Shown here piece after piece: positions 39,540 through 52,600 of a DNA stretch of 64,000 bases. Both the position numbers and the translations under genes were made by a program. How positions within the stretch are numbered: the stretch's first letter is position 1; every line of letters begins with the position of its first letter. The stretch lies in assembly GCA_965153455.1 (NCBI GenBank), contig OZ234493.1, forward strand, positions 20,822,213 through 20,886,212, in the 5' to 3' direction. The DNA is from Sphagnum compactum (Eukaryota). The notes below the pieces were generated by a model, which made no database searches, was not told where the DNA came from, and saw only the letters and a list, made by a program, of their open reading frames with translations.

Positions 39540-40790
39540 TTCTTTTGTTTTTTGCAGCGCAAGAAGGCGCAAAGAAGAAGGCGACGGCAAAGCTGCCGTC
39601 GCCTTCTTCTTATTGTTTTGCTGTGCTGCAGTGCAAGAAGGCGACGACAGCAACGCTGCCGTCGCCTTCTTTTTTTTTTCTTTAGCACCGGAAGAGAAAA
39701 AAGAAGAAAGCGATGGCACTACCGTCGCCTTCTTCTTTGCGCTCTTGTTTTGATGTGCTATAGCGCAGCAGAAGAAGGCGACGGCAGCTTTGCCGTCGCC
39801 TTCTTCTTGTTGTTTTGCTGCGCTGCAGCGCAAGAAGGCGACGGCAGCAACGCTGCCGTCGCCTTTGTTTTTTTTTGGCAACAGAAAAGAAAAAAGAAGA
39901 AGAAGGCGACGGCAATGTCGTCGCCTTCTTCTTCTTTCCTCTTGTTTTGCTGCGCTGTAGCGCAAGAAGGCGACGGCAACAACGCTGCCGTCGCCTTCAT
40001 TTTTTTTTGGCAACAGAAGAGGAAGAAGAAGAAGGCGACAATACTGCCGTCGCCTTCTTCTTCTTCCTCTTGTTTTGCTGCGCTGCAGCGCAGCAGAAGA
40101 AGGCGACAGCAAAGCTGTCGTCGCCTTTTTCTTGTTGTTTTGCTGCGCTGCAGCGCAAGAAGGCAACGGCAGCGTTGCTGTCGTCGTCTTTTTTTTTTTT
40201 TGGGCAGCACAAGAGGAAGAAGAAGAAGGTGACGATAGTGCCATCGCCTTCTTCTTCGTCCTCTTGTGTTGTTGCGCTATAGCGCAACAGAAGAAGGCGA
40301 TGGCAAAGCTGCCGTCGCCTTCTTCTTGTTATTTTGCTACATTGCAGCGCAAGAACGCGACGGTAGCGTTGCTGTCGTTGCTTTTTTTTTTGGCAGTAGA
40401 AAAGAAAAAAGAAGAAAAAGGCGACGGCACTGCCATCGCCTTCTTCTTTTTTTTGTAGCGCAAGAAGGCGCAAAGAAGAAGGCGACGACGAAGCTGCCGT
40501 CGCCTTCTTCTTGTTGTTTTGCTGCTTTGCAGCGCAAGAAGGCGACATGGAGCTTGCTGCTGTGGAGCTGCGCTGCAGCGCTGCTCCAGATTGCCTTGTT
40601 TTTACTGTTGTGCACCTGCGCTGTGCTGCATTTTTTTTTTCCCTTGTAGCATAGCAAAGAAGGCTGCAACGTTGTATTGAAGAAGAAGACGATAGCTCTC
40701 GCCACCTTCTTCGCTTTGCTGCAAAGAAATGGCGAATTTGCCACCTTCTTCACTTTGCTGCAAAGAAATGGCGAATTTGCCACCTTCCCC
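39540..40790. repeat. CG-rich array of short inverted-repeat hairpins, in a putative leader intron of the zinc-finger gene
   Basis: For example 39771-39806 has 16-bp perfect arms and a 4-nt loop. The motif recurs throughout the interval. Confidence 0.85.
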
Positions 40791-40876
40791 TATGGTGGCG
40801 GATTTGTTGTTGCTTATGGTGTAGTTGCTTAGAATTAACATTAAGGTAACTGGTGGTTTTTTTCTTTAGGGTTATA

Positions 40877-42389
40877 ATGGCCAAGGGAAGAAGATCGAAG
40901 AAAACCGCTGGTGGGGAGTTGGAAATGAGTAAAGAACATGGTACTGCGTCAGATGACGCAATTTTTCTGCCAAAGTTTGCTGTGTTAGACGAGGCAATTC
41001 TTCTGCCAAATGTTGCTGTGTTAGAAGAGGCAATTCTTCTGCCAAATGTTGTTGTGTTAGACGAAACAGACGCCGAGCCACACGTTGCTGCAACTACCGA
41101 GCAAAATATGACTTTAGTAGATGAAGCAATTGGTGACCGAAGTAGTGTTGCAACAGATCAGCCAATGGGTGAGCAAAATAGTGCTCTATCATAATTGAAA
41201 GACAAGGATGATAGTTTGGTATAGATTGTTTTAGATTTTATGGACATTAGATTAAAGACACATTTAAAAAATTGTACAAGTCTCTTCAAGTGTAATTATA
41301 TCCGCACCTTCCATCATTTGTTGGAAGGTGCGAGATTTTTTTTATCAATTTTTTTCTATTGCGATACCTGAAAATAGTTCATGTTTACAGGAGTAGTATG
41401 TGATTAAGTGAGTTTATGTTTTGTAATACCTGCATTCTGTGTTTTGATCTTTCATTTTTTGGTTTAGGTCCGGAAGTTGAATCTGACCAAGCTCCTCAGT
41501 CACTTGCACTTCTTTGTCCACCTAATTTGGCTCGAAAGGATAAAGAATGGACAAAGGTTGGGTCGAAATGGAAGTGCAAAGTTGGCACCTGCATTGTCGC
41601 ATATTGTGCCAAATGGTTGTTGACCCAGCATTTGAAGGAGAATCATGGCTTGGTGGCAGAAAAGGCCAAACCTGGGAGGTCTTCAACTGCTACAGGAGGT
41701 CCTCGACATCAAGACCATGCCAAAATGAATGCTCGCATCTTGGGAAATGCGATGGCTGTGCAAAGGCGAAACGATCAAAAGGTGGCTAGTCGCGCTCGTG
41801 CCAAAGCACAACGTGAGTGGGAAAACCTGGTAGCTGTTGCAAAACAGTGTCCACCATTCCCAAAACCAGGTTTGGTCAAATTAGCTTTAAAGCAACTGTT
41901 GAAAGTGTTGGGCCTTACTGCTTGGGATGTGGGCAGTGTGCCTCGAGATGCAGCATCGCGAATGGAGAAAGATGAAGATTTGCAAGGGATTATCCGATCC
42001 ACTCGTTGCGCATATGCACGACAACTCAAGACGACATGGGATATCAAATATTGGGATTGAGAGTCCAATAAAACAAGTCGGACAAAACTATTGGCAGATG
42101 TTTTGGATTTTCATGAATTTAGAATGATTCATGGAAGGTAAGAAATAATAATAAGCAATGTTTATTGTTTTTTTATTACATTTCATTCAAGGTGTGTTAG
42201 GGTTTAACTTGGTGGTTTTTGGGTGTTTATAGGGTTCAGGGCCAAACACAGGAAGAGTTTATTGCAACTGCAGCTCAGGTTGAGCTGCAACGCAGCCATT
42301 TTTACATTGCTCGTCATGCAGCAAAAGCTGCAAAAGCAGCAGCTGCATACCGAGCTAAACACGGGATTATAGATACTGATATGGGTTAG
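40877..42389 (+). pseudogene. MULE-borne C2H2 zinc-finger gene, copy 2 (372 codons, one nonsense mutation)
   Basis: Exons 40877-41168, 41468-42137 and 42233-42389 with GT-AG sites and matching phases. Finger C-x4-C-x12-H-x4-H (CKVGTCIVAYCAKWLLTQHLKENH). TGA at 42058-42060 where copy 1 has CGA. Confidence 0.82.
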
Positions 42390-45227
42390 GGTTTCACTCT
42401 ATATAATTAGTTAGGTTTTGTAGCCCTTTTATTTTTTGGACTACCCAATTTTGAATATCGATCCTTTGATATGTTGTAGAGAACCAACGTTTTTTTTTCA
42501 TTGGGTTCTTTAGTAATTTTTCATGCACCCATTTTGTACATCTTTTATCAATATAATAGTATCATCTACTCACACTTGTTTCATGGGTATATGGTTAAAC
42601 ATATGTCTTCTTTGTCATAATTTTCTCAGTACTTGAGATGTAAGAATCGAACCAAAGATTAAAATGAACATTGTGCGATACTTACATCTAATATAATAGG
42701 ACTCACATCACCTGAAGAGTTTTAAAACAATACACACATTTTAAACATATAATACCTACATCATTTTCTATTATAAATCTCATAAGGAGATTTTCAAACT
42801 TGCAATACCCGCATATAAGTCCCATAATAGCCGCTGGTTTATTTGGCATCCCTTGCAATACCCGCATATGAGCCACAAATAGTTGCTAACATTCTTCATT
42901 CGTTGCAATACCGGCATATCGATCCATGGTATTCGCTTTGTTTTTATAACAATCCTTGCAATACCCACATATAGTTTCCATAATAGCCGCTGGTTTTTTT
43001 TCCTCTCTTGCAATACCCGCATATAGGTCCCATAATAGTTGTTTGGTTTTTTCATTCATTGCAAAACTTACATTTTAACATAAAATTAATTCAGAATAAT
43101 AATTATTTTAGGTATATAAAAAGACATATTTTGGGTACCCAGAGCACTTATTTGTTCTTTTGAAATGACGTTACAGGTGGGTATTGCATCTAGGGTTTAG
43201 GGTCTTCACATAAGGTTTGCCTCAATCACCTTGGATTATTTCAGTATGAACTTGCATGTAGGTATTGCATCTAGGCCTTGGTCTTCATTCAAAGGCGCAC
43301 CCAAACTACATATTGGGTATTTCAAAGCGACCTTACATGTGGGTATTACATTTAAGGTTGCCCTTTCATTGTAGGTTTTACCCTATTCACCTATGGGTTA
43401 TTTTGAAATGAACTTGAATATGGCTATTGCATTTAGGGTTAAGGTTTCGTATAATTTTGACCCACTATATGATTATTTTAACCAAGAATTTATGAACTAT
43501 ATATGAGAAAAATATATAATAAAATTTCAATCAAACATAGGATTAATATGTGGGAGAGATCATTTTTATTATTATGTGAAACATGAAAGAAAAAGTAGAA
43601 ATTTATGTGCTTTAAGTTTTTTTTTAACATAGTTTAAAATCTTATTAAATTAGAAACTTTATATTTATGTTTTTTGAAATCAGTATACAACTTCAAAAGG
43701 GGGGAAGAAAAAATTAACATCTTTGAAGAAATTTTAAACTTGAACTTTTTATTTTTTGATCTCAACAAACTTTGTATTGCATTCAGGGTTGGCTTTCACA
43801 TAAGGTTTGTTTCTTACCTTTGTGTGATAACTCCAACCTAATTTTCCCAATCTCTTTGAAGAAAATATAAAATGAGATTGTATTGTTTCACATATGTCTA
43901 AACCCAAAAATTTCCCCCCAATTTAATATAAAATATTTATGATAATTAATGTATTATTTCGAAATTTTCTCATATAATTAAATAATTAATAGACCATTAT
44001 TTCAGATAATTTAGATGAATAATTATCAAGAGTTAGATAATCATTTATTTATTTGGAATAATTAACTAATCAATTGGCTTAACTTTATTTACTTGGATAA
44101 TAAAAAGTTGGATCTAAAAATCAGATTGATTAATTTGATATTTGATTAATTAACTTAAGTATATTTTTGTTTTAATAAGTTATTAAAATCACTATTTAAG
44201 ACAATTATTCCATGTTATAGATTGTAAGTTTAGTTTTTTCATGAAAAATTCCTACACCAAGATAAGCTTGATCACAATTGTCATTGTATTATTTGTTCCA
44301 CAAACAATACAACCTCTTTTCAAATTCATGAAACAAAGTAAGAATCATGGAACTCCTAATCAACAACCCGAACTCTATACACACCTTTGTTAACATGTTA
44401 ATTTAAAATTAACTAATTATTTTGGAGTGACCCAAAATGTAGGTATTACATTTAGTGTAGGATCTTCATTTAAAGAAGGCTTAACCCCCACATGCGTATT
44501 TTTGGTGTGACCCAAAATGCAGGTATTGCATTTAGGGTAGGATCTTCGAATAAAGATTTGCTTAAACCTCACATGCATGCTTTCGAAATGGCCCGAAATG
44601 CAGGTATTGCAATTAGGGTAGGATCTTCGTATAAAGATGCTTGAACCCCACATGCGTATTTTCGAAATGGCCCAAAATGCAGGTATTGCATTTAGGCTAG
44701 GGTTATTTCAAAGTGACTTTGTGTCTGCATATTCTGTTTAGGGCTAGGTCTTCACTTAAAGGTATCCAAACCATTTAGATGGGTTTTTTTTTAACATGTG
44801 GGTATTGCATTTAGGCTTGTTTTTTCATTTACACTTGTAATGCCCAAACTTGTACTTACCTCTACCAACTGGAATTTTGGGTTTCATCGCAATACCTACA
44901 TTTGTACTTACCTTTACCAACTGGAATTTTGGGGCATAATTGCAATACTTGCACTTGTACTTACTTTTACCAACTGGAATTTTGGGGCCTAGTTACAATA
45001 CTTGCATCTAACAGTAATATGATCATTATCCTTGTGTTTTTGCATTTCACACTTTTTGTGCTTATTACTTGGAAACAATAATAAGCTTTGTGCCATATTG
45101 GACTTCATGTGTGTTTTGAATACATGATGTTCAAAGAATTTGGGCTATGATTTCCTCCATACAAAATTGATTCTAAAAGAAAATTCTTAGCGCCAATGGC
45201 AACAATGTTGAGTAGTAATTGAAACAT

Positions 45228-47924
45228 TTATTTGTGACATCGTTTAGTACGTACATTTGTGTGATTGAACATTGTTTCATGCCAATCATTGAGCCGTTTG
45301 ACACTATTTCCCAATCCATCTTCTACACGGTGTAACACCAATCCTGGGTGTGAAATTGCATTTGCCTTTGTGAGGCGTATGTTACGAATATTACATGCCA
45401 ATACTCTCATGTGTGAGGTGGCATGTTCACAAAGTGTCACATCGCCTTCTTTACATTCATTTGTGATCTCTTGCATTGTAGTGACCAATTGTGCAAGAGC
45501 CCTTTCCATTGGGGTTGATGAATTTATTGTTTCATTAGACCCTACAATGGCACCCATAAGGAGATCATTTTGCTCCATGTTCATGAGCCCATCAAATTCC
45601 ATGATCCCATCATCACCTTCAAGATGATCATCTTCGTCATCATCATTGGACTCCATATCATTTGGAATATGTTGCGGGTCTGCAAACATGTGACCCAACC
45701 CTCCACGATGTGATCCATACCATGTTCCACAGTAATGAATGATATCCTCTTGAGAAATGTCTGTGCATGTGAGAATGACCTTAATTTGGTGTTTACACAT
45801 GTTCCCCCGCAATGCCCATTTGCATGTGCAACAAAACATTTCGGTGAATGGGAATTTCACCGTGTAAATAACATTGGGAAGGCGTTGGCTCCGTACGGCC
45901 CAAGCTCCATCACTCTCAAAGGTTGGTTGGTACACATGGCTGAGTGGAATAAGGGCTGCCATTTCCACACTTCGTGTAATAATGGCCTCCATAACCTTGT
46001 TTTTTATGAAACCCCTCTTTTTCATTTCCAATGTGTGCATGTAGTGGCGTGCAATGGTTGTTGTTAATCGCCACACCAATTGGTCAATTATTACGCCCTC
46101 TAAGGCCTTTTGTGTCAAGAGCAAACCAACGCTTCAATCCACCATGATATGATTCAATGCTCGCTTGGGTGTCTTGGTTGGAATGGGGCACTCTTCGAAC
46201 ACCCACCATCCATAATTCTACAAACATAAACACAATACATAAGGATGAATAACATTATACAAAATAATTTTGAATGCTAAACCATGAAAAATATTATCAC
46301 TTACCAAATTGATGGTAATAAGTCCAGAAATAGTTTGTCCACGCATCACCAGGCTTATGTTTATGAAGGCTTTCTCTCACAGCAACCCTCCCACGTTCTT
46401 TGAAGTCATCAATTGTTTTCCCATGATTGATGGGCATGTACATCACATCATGAATGTCTTGGAAGATTCCACCCCGCACTTCCACATCTTTGATTTTTTC
46501 AGTACCACGTAGGCGCCATGCTTTGAGAACATGCCAACAACAAAGGTAGATGGGAACCTTGTCCATACCCCATACGACCCTAATAAGGACACATATGCAA
46601 TAAAATCTCCATGAGTGGATGGGGTTAGTAACCCATAAAATGCATTTGAAGTAATCAAGAATTTTATGAAAGATATTAAAAAACATTTAAGGAAATAAAC
46701 ACAAAGTCGATACTAGGTATAGAACTAACCGTAATGCTTTCAATTCTTGAGGTGCATCATCAACGAGAAAACATGATGGTTTCCAATGTGGCATGTGTGA
46801 TAACATCTTCTTTTTTAATGGTTTCAACCATTCGATCAAATCTTGCACTGTTTGCCTACTTGTAATGATCCAGGCTAAAGGGACACCCGTGCGATGATCA
46901 TCAAACCCCATCAAGGTGAATAGATGGAATTTCATGTCATTTGTGCCAAATGTGGCATCCATAGAAATGACACCATTGTGACCATATGATAACATGGACT
47001 CGCATTGAGTTGGTGTTTGAATACCAATGGTGAACGGGACTTGAGTTCCATTGATTTCACCAACATCTTGGAAAAAGAACACATCTTCCGGATGTTGGAG
47101 AGCCCAAGACCGAATTGAAATTGCAGGGTTAGTGTGTAAACGCCAACTCCCTCTCTTATGTTTCCGATCCAAATATGTAATGTCTTGAAGCCGAATGAAA
47201 TCATCTCGTGTCATGCTTTGACCCGCATTCACACGTTCCCACCAAATTGCTTTATGCTTGTCATATATTTGTTTGGTCGTGTATCCTAAGCTTAGTTGGG
47301 CCCATATGTGGTCTTTCAATGCTTGTGACATGCGTGGAGCATAACAAGACATACAAGAAATGGACTCTGGGTCATGCTCACCATGTGCGAATGACCCATC
47401 AATTCGTGTATGGGCTTTATGATAAATTGTGATCTCAGCCACATCAGGTCGTGTGTATAGACGTTTGATTGAGAATGACGCTAGGCATCCTCGTTTAATA
47501 GATCGAGTGTGGGTTGAATTTTCTCGATAATCCTCTGGTCCATATCCGCATTGATACCTAAACCAAAAAACTTTCAAAACGTAAATGATTACATCTTTGG
47601 TATATGAATTATAGAAATTAAAAAGATTAATGCCATAAATGTTTACCATGTATGCTCGAGGTGGTTTTTGATAGTTGGTTGCTTGACATCTGTTTGGCTT
47701 GGAAAGTTTTTGTAAATATTCCATTCCATAGGGGTGCTTGTATCCCCTCGTTCACCTTCCAAGAATTTCGAAATGCAAACATATGGAACATAAGCAAATT
47801 GAATGGTCACTTTATTTTGCCCTCCATGGCGTATCCCAAACGTCCACACCAAGTCTTTGTTTGAGAAAGGGGACTTGGTGGGGTTTTGGACATGAATGGA
47901 ATGGCACTTTGGAACCCTTCCCAT
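45228..47924 (-). pseudogene. MULE (Mutator) DDE transposase with SWIM zinc finger, one frameshift
   Basis: Exons 47924-47647, 47557-46730, 46579-46305 and 46217-45228 with matching phases. Motifs MDATFGTN, FLVDDA, CCWHV, IESYH and SWIM CTCKWALRGNMCKH. A net +1 frameshift near 46090 (LRGRNN* versus IIDQLVWRL). Confidence 0.9.
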
Positions 47925-48243
47925 GATTGAAGGAAGTAGGACAAATTCCTGCACCAAGAGAATTTATAATTATCTAAACATTCATCATTGAACAAAAACC
48001 CAAAATGCAATACTACATGGTTCCTTTAAAATCAATGTTGTGACTTGGGATTCCCATTACAACACCCATATCATGATATAAAATACCTACTATTCCAATG
48101 TACATAACGTACAATACTTGCATTATGAACCCATATACTAAAACAAACTTTGGCAATACCCACATTGAGCTATTAAACCTCCCATCATTGAAAAATGTTC
48201 ACATATGCAATACCCGTATTGTACCTTAAACCCATAGTGTCTA

Positions 48244-49023
48244 AAAACCCCATGTAGCAATACCCACATAATGATAATTAATGCACACTGTTTAGAGGTT
48301 CAAAATGCAATACCTACCTTAAGCCATAAAACACACACTGGTTGTGGGTAGTCAATGCATTATTCGCATATGGGTATGAAAAGAAACTACAAAGAGAGAT
48401 TGAATTCAAAATATCCATGTAAAAGTATAAAACCTTTATTTATGGTTGTATATTTCAAGAAACTTGATGCCCTTTCTATATCCAATAACTAGGAAATGAA
48501 AAGAGGTTGAATTGTGAAAATAGAAACAAAAAAACAAAAGAAGTAACAAGAGACAAATGCATACCTTTAAGAATAAAAGATGACGACGTTCCACCAAAGT
48601 TTATAGTCCCAATTGAAAATGCAACCCTAAAAAATCAATATTTTACAAAACCCCATGTAGCAATACCCACATAATGATAATTAATACACACTGTTTAAGA
48701 GGTGCAAAACGCAATACCTACCTTAAGCCATAAAACACACACTGGTTGTGGGCAGTCAATGCATTATTTGCATATGGGTATGAAAAAAAAAACTACAAAG
48801 AGATATTGAATTCAAAATATCCATGTAAAAGTATAAAACCATTATTTATGGTTGTATATTTCAAGAAACTTGATGCCCTTTCTATATCCAATAACTAGGA
48901 AATGAAAAAAGGTTGAATTGTGAAAATAGAAACAAAAAAACAAAAGAAGTAACAAGAGACAAATGCATACCTTTAAGAATAAAAGATGACAACGTTCCAC
49001 TAAAGTGTGTAGTCCCAATTGAA
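48244..49023. repeat. Tandem duplication of ~400 bp upstream of the transposase
   Basis: 48244-48617 is nearly identical to 48647-49023. Confidence 0.85.
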
Positions 49024-49472
49024 GACGATTTAGAATGCAATTGTACTACTTCACATATGTATAAACCCTAAAATTTCCCCCCCAAATTTAGCCTACTTTA
49101 GATTAATTACTATACATTTGTGAAAACTTATTATTGATTTATATGTCGCAGCCCTAAACCTAAACCATAATCCAATAGTACTTACTTATAATAATTACAT
49201 GGAAAGAGTATTGTAATGTCCATTCAATAATAAATTAGGTAAACAAAATTTAGTAGGATTGAGGGGGGGGGGGTGGGGTGGAAAAAATGAGTAGGTAGTT
49301 AATTAGGTATTTGGTTATGTAAAAAACATAGATAGATAGGTAGTTAGGTAGATAGGCAAGTTAGTACATAAGAAACAAATTACATTATCAAGGTGACTAG
49401 GTTTGTAAAATACTTATGTCAATAGGGTGGTTGTGTATGTAGGGTAGGTAGTTAGTATAGTGGTTAAGTTAG

Positions 49473-49665
49473 TGTTATGGACCGACTACAAACAAGTGGA
49501 GAATTACAAGACAAGACAAGCTTTATTGATCCATCAACTGGTGTTGATCTGCTAAAGGGTTGTTCCCCAGACTATCTCCTTTTATAACCCTGAGCCATAC
49601 TAGTCCCAAAATATCCTAGGCCATGATATTGCCAAAAGTATCCCAAAATATCCTAGGCCATGACA
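49473..49665 (-). repeat. 3' LTR (193 bp, TG...CA)
   Basis: Nearly identical to 55352-55581 and adjacent to the PPT. Confidence 0.93.
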
Positions 49666-52600
49666 TTATCCTCTCCTCAAGCGACATCTTCTAGATGGAG
49701 CCGGTTTGTTAGGATATCGTTGGTGAAACCGATTAACTAAGTCTTGGGCATGAACTAGGTTTCCAGCAGGCTCCCAAGTAGCTTCAGAAGGAGGATAACC
49801 TCGCCAAAAGACAAGGTACAGGAGCTTTCCACGAATCTTCTTGGAGTCCAAGACCTCCTGAACTTCAAACTCTTCTTGGCCTTCAATTTCGACTAGAGCT
49901 GGGGGTTCTTGATGATGTTCTGGGATCGGGTTTTCATGATAGGGCTCAAGCAGGGAGACATGGAAAACATTGTGGATTTTGAACTGGGGTGGAAGCTCCA
50001 ACTGGCAAGCCACTAGACCAACCAATTTGGCGATTTTGAAAGGTCCGAGGCGCTTGTAATCCAACTTGGCACATGGGCGAGTGGTAGCAATGTTCTTTCT
50101 GAGAAGCCAGACCTTGTCTCCAACCTTGAAGTTTGGATGGTCCTTGCGTCGGCGGTCTGCTTGCTTCTTTTGCCACTCCTGTGTTAGCTTAAGTTCTGCC
50201 ATAAGGTTCTGTTGAACCTGTCCAAGCCTCGTGGCCCTTTCTTCAGCCGAGGGGTTTACAGAGTCTCCAGGAATTTCAAGGCTGAACCTGGGATGAAAAC
50301 CATAATTGGCAAAGAATGGACTAATCCCGGTCGATGCATGTGTTGTGTTATTATAAGCAAACTCTGCTTGAGATAGTAGGTCCAGCCAGTCGTCCTGTTG
50401 GTAGTTCACAGTGCAGCGAAGGTATTGCTCGAGTGTCTAGTTTGTCCGTTCGGTTTGTCCATCTGTCTCAGGGTGGAAAGCTGAAGATAGCCGAATGTCA
50501 ACTCCAAGAAGCTCGAATAGACGATGCCAGAACTTGGATGCAAACTGAAGACCTCTGTCGGACACAATTTCCTCGGGGAGTCCATGCAGTCGGACGATCC
50601 CGTCCAGAATTAACTGAGCTGTCTCTTCTGCCGTGATTGACTTGGAACAAGGGGTGAAATGGGCCATTTTGGTGAGTCGATCGACCACAACCAGTATTGA
50701 ATTCTTGGTTCTGACAGTAAGGAGGTCCGTGATGAAGTCCATTGCAATAGATCCCCAAGGTCGGCTAGGAATCGACAGAGGCTGTAGGAGTCCAAACGGG
50801 CGATGCCTGGGAGCCTTGGATCGAACACATGTATCACAAGACTTGACATACTCCCGTAGCATCTTGTTCATTTTGGGCCACCAATAAGTCCTTGACACTA
50901 GTTCGTAAGTCCGTGCCATTCCAAAGTGACCTGCCAGGGTGTTGTCGTGGCATTCCCTCAGGATTTTTAGGCGTATAGGTCCTTCGGGTACATAAATCAG
51001 GTTATTTCGAAGGAGAAGTCCGTCTTGCTGCTCAAATTGATCCAAGTCATCACGATTTGGGTTCCTTGGTCGTTCCTGGAGTTCCTTCTTGATGTTGGTA
51101 GCCCAGGTGTCTTCCTTAGTTGCTATCTTGATGTCCCTGACAAGGTATGAGTCTGGGAGGGTGCTGATTGTTGCTGCAACTCGAAATTGCTTGGGGTTGA
51201 GTAAAGTCTGGTTCTGCTGGCCGTAGGCCTCATCCCCCGCTCGAAGTTCATATTCTGAACGATGAGATAGCGCGTCAGCTTTCCCTTGCTGGGTGCCGGG
51301 TTGATACTGAATCTCAAAGTCGAAATCAGCTAGGAAGATAGACCAGCGTGCCTGGCGACGATTTAAGGTCTGAGTAGTTGTGAAATAAAGGAGATTCTTG
51401 TGATCTGTCAGAACTTGGACTCGATGTTGAGCTCCGGCAAGATACGGTCTCCACTGCTCGAATGCCGTGATGATTGCCAGGAGTTCCTTATCGTAGACCT
51501 GGTAGTTGATTTCGGCACTGGTTAACTTCCGTGAATAGAAAGCAACTGGATGCATCAACCCATCTATTCCAAATTGAGATAGAATAGCTCCCAAGGCAAA
51601 ATCTGAAGCGTCCGTTTCCACAATGAATGGCTTGGTAGGATCGGGATGTATCAGGATGGGTGCAGAGGTGAATGCCATCTTGAGAGTATCAAAAGCAACC
51701 TGGGCCGTTGGATTCCACGAGAAGGGCTTGTCTTTGCAAGTCAGGGTTATTAACGGTGTTGTGATCTTGGAATAGCCTTTGATAAACCGACGATAGAAGT
51801 TGGCAAACCCTAGGAAGCGTTGAACGTCCTTGACCGAGGATGGAGTAGCCCAACACTGGATGGTCTCGACCTTTGACTTGTCCATGAAAATGCCATCTGG
51901 AGAGATCACATAGCCGAGGAACGCCACTGAAGATTTGTCGAATTCACATTTTTCCAACTTGGCGTATAAGCCATGCTCCCGCAGCGTCGCAAACACCAAT
52001 CGTACATGTTTGTCGTGGGTTTCCTGGTCCTTGGAAAATATTAAAATGTCATCCAAATAGACCACGACAAATTCGTCCATGTAATCCCGGAAGATATCAT
52101 TCATCAGATGCTGAAAGACTGTGGGTGCATTGGTGAGGCAGAAGGGCATGACCGTGTATTCGAAGTGGCCATAGCGTGTGTGGAAAGCTGTCTTCCATTC
52201 ATCACCAGGGCGAATCCTGAGTAAGTTGTAGGCTCCACAGAGGTCAAGCTTGGTGAAGATCTTCCCGGTACGTAATCGATCTAGGAGACCTGAAATCAAG
52301 GGCAAAGGATATCGATTCTTTTTGGTTATCTTGTTGAGTCCACGATAATCCACACAAAGTCGAAGGGAGCCATCCTTCTTCTCGACAAACAAAATTGGGG
52401 CCCCGGCTGGAGACTTGGAATGCTGAATGAACCCCTTGGCAAGATTTTCAGTAAGGTAATCACGCAGGGCTTGGAGTTCCGGTTCCGATAGGCCATAGAT
52501 AGGACCAAAGGGTGGTGACTGTCCTTCTAGATCAATCGGGCAGTCATATGGACTAAGGGCGGGGAGCTGATCAGCATTAATCTTTTAAAAAACATCAACA

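Noticed and set aside
39222-40841. Many long overlapping ORFs on both strands (also 29151-30634)
   Set aside because: Artefacts of a stop-poor hairpin repeat array; the translations are low-complexity.
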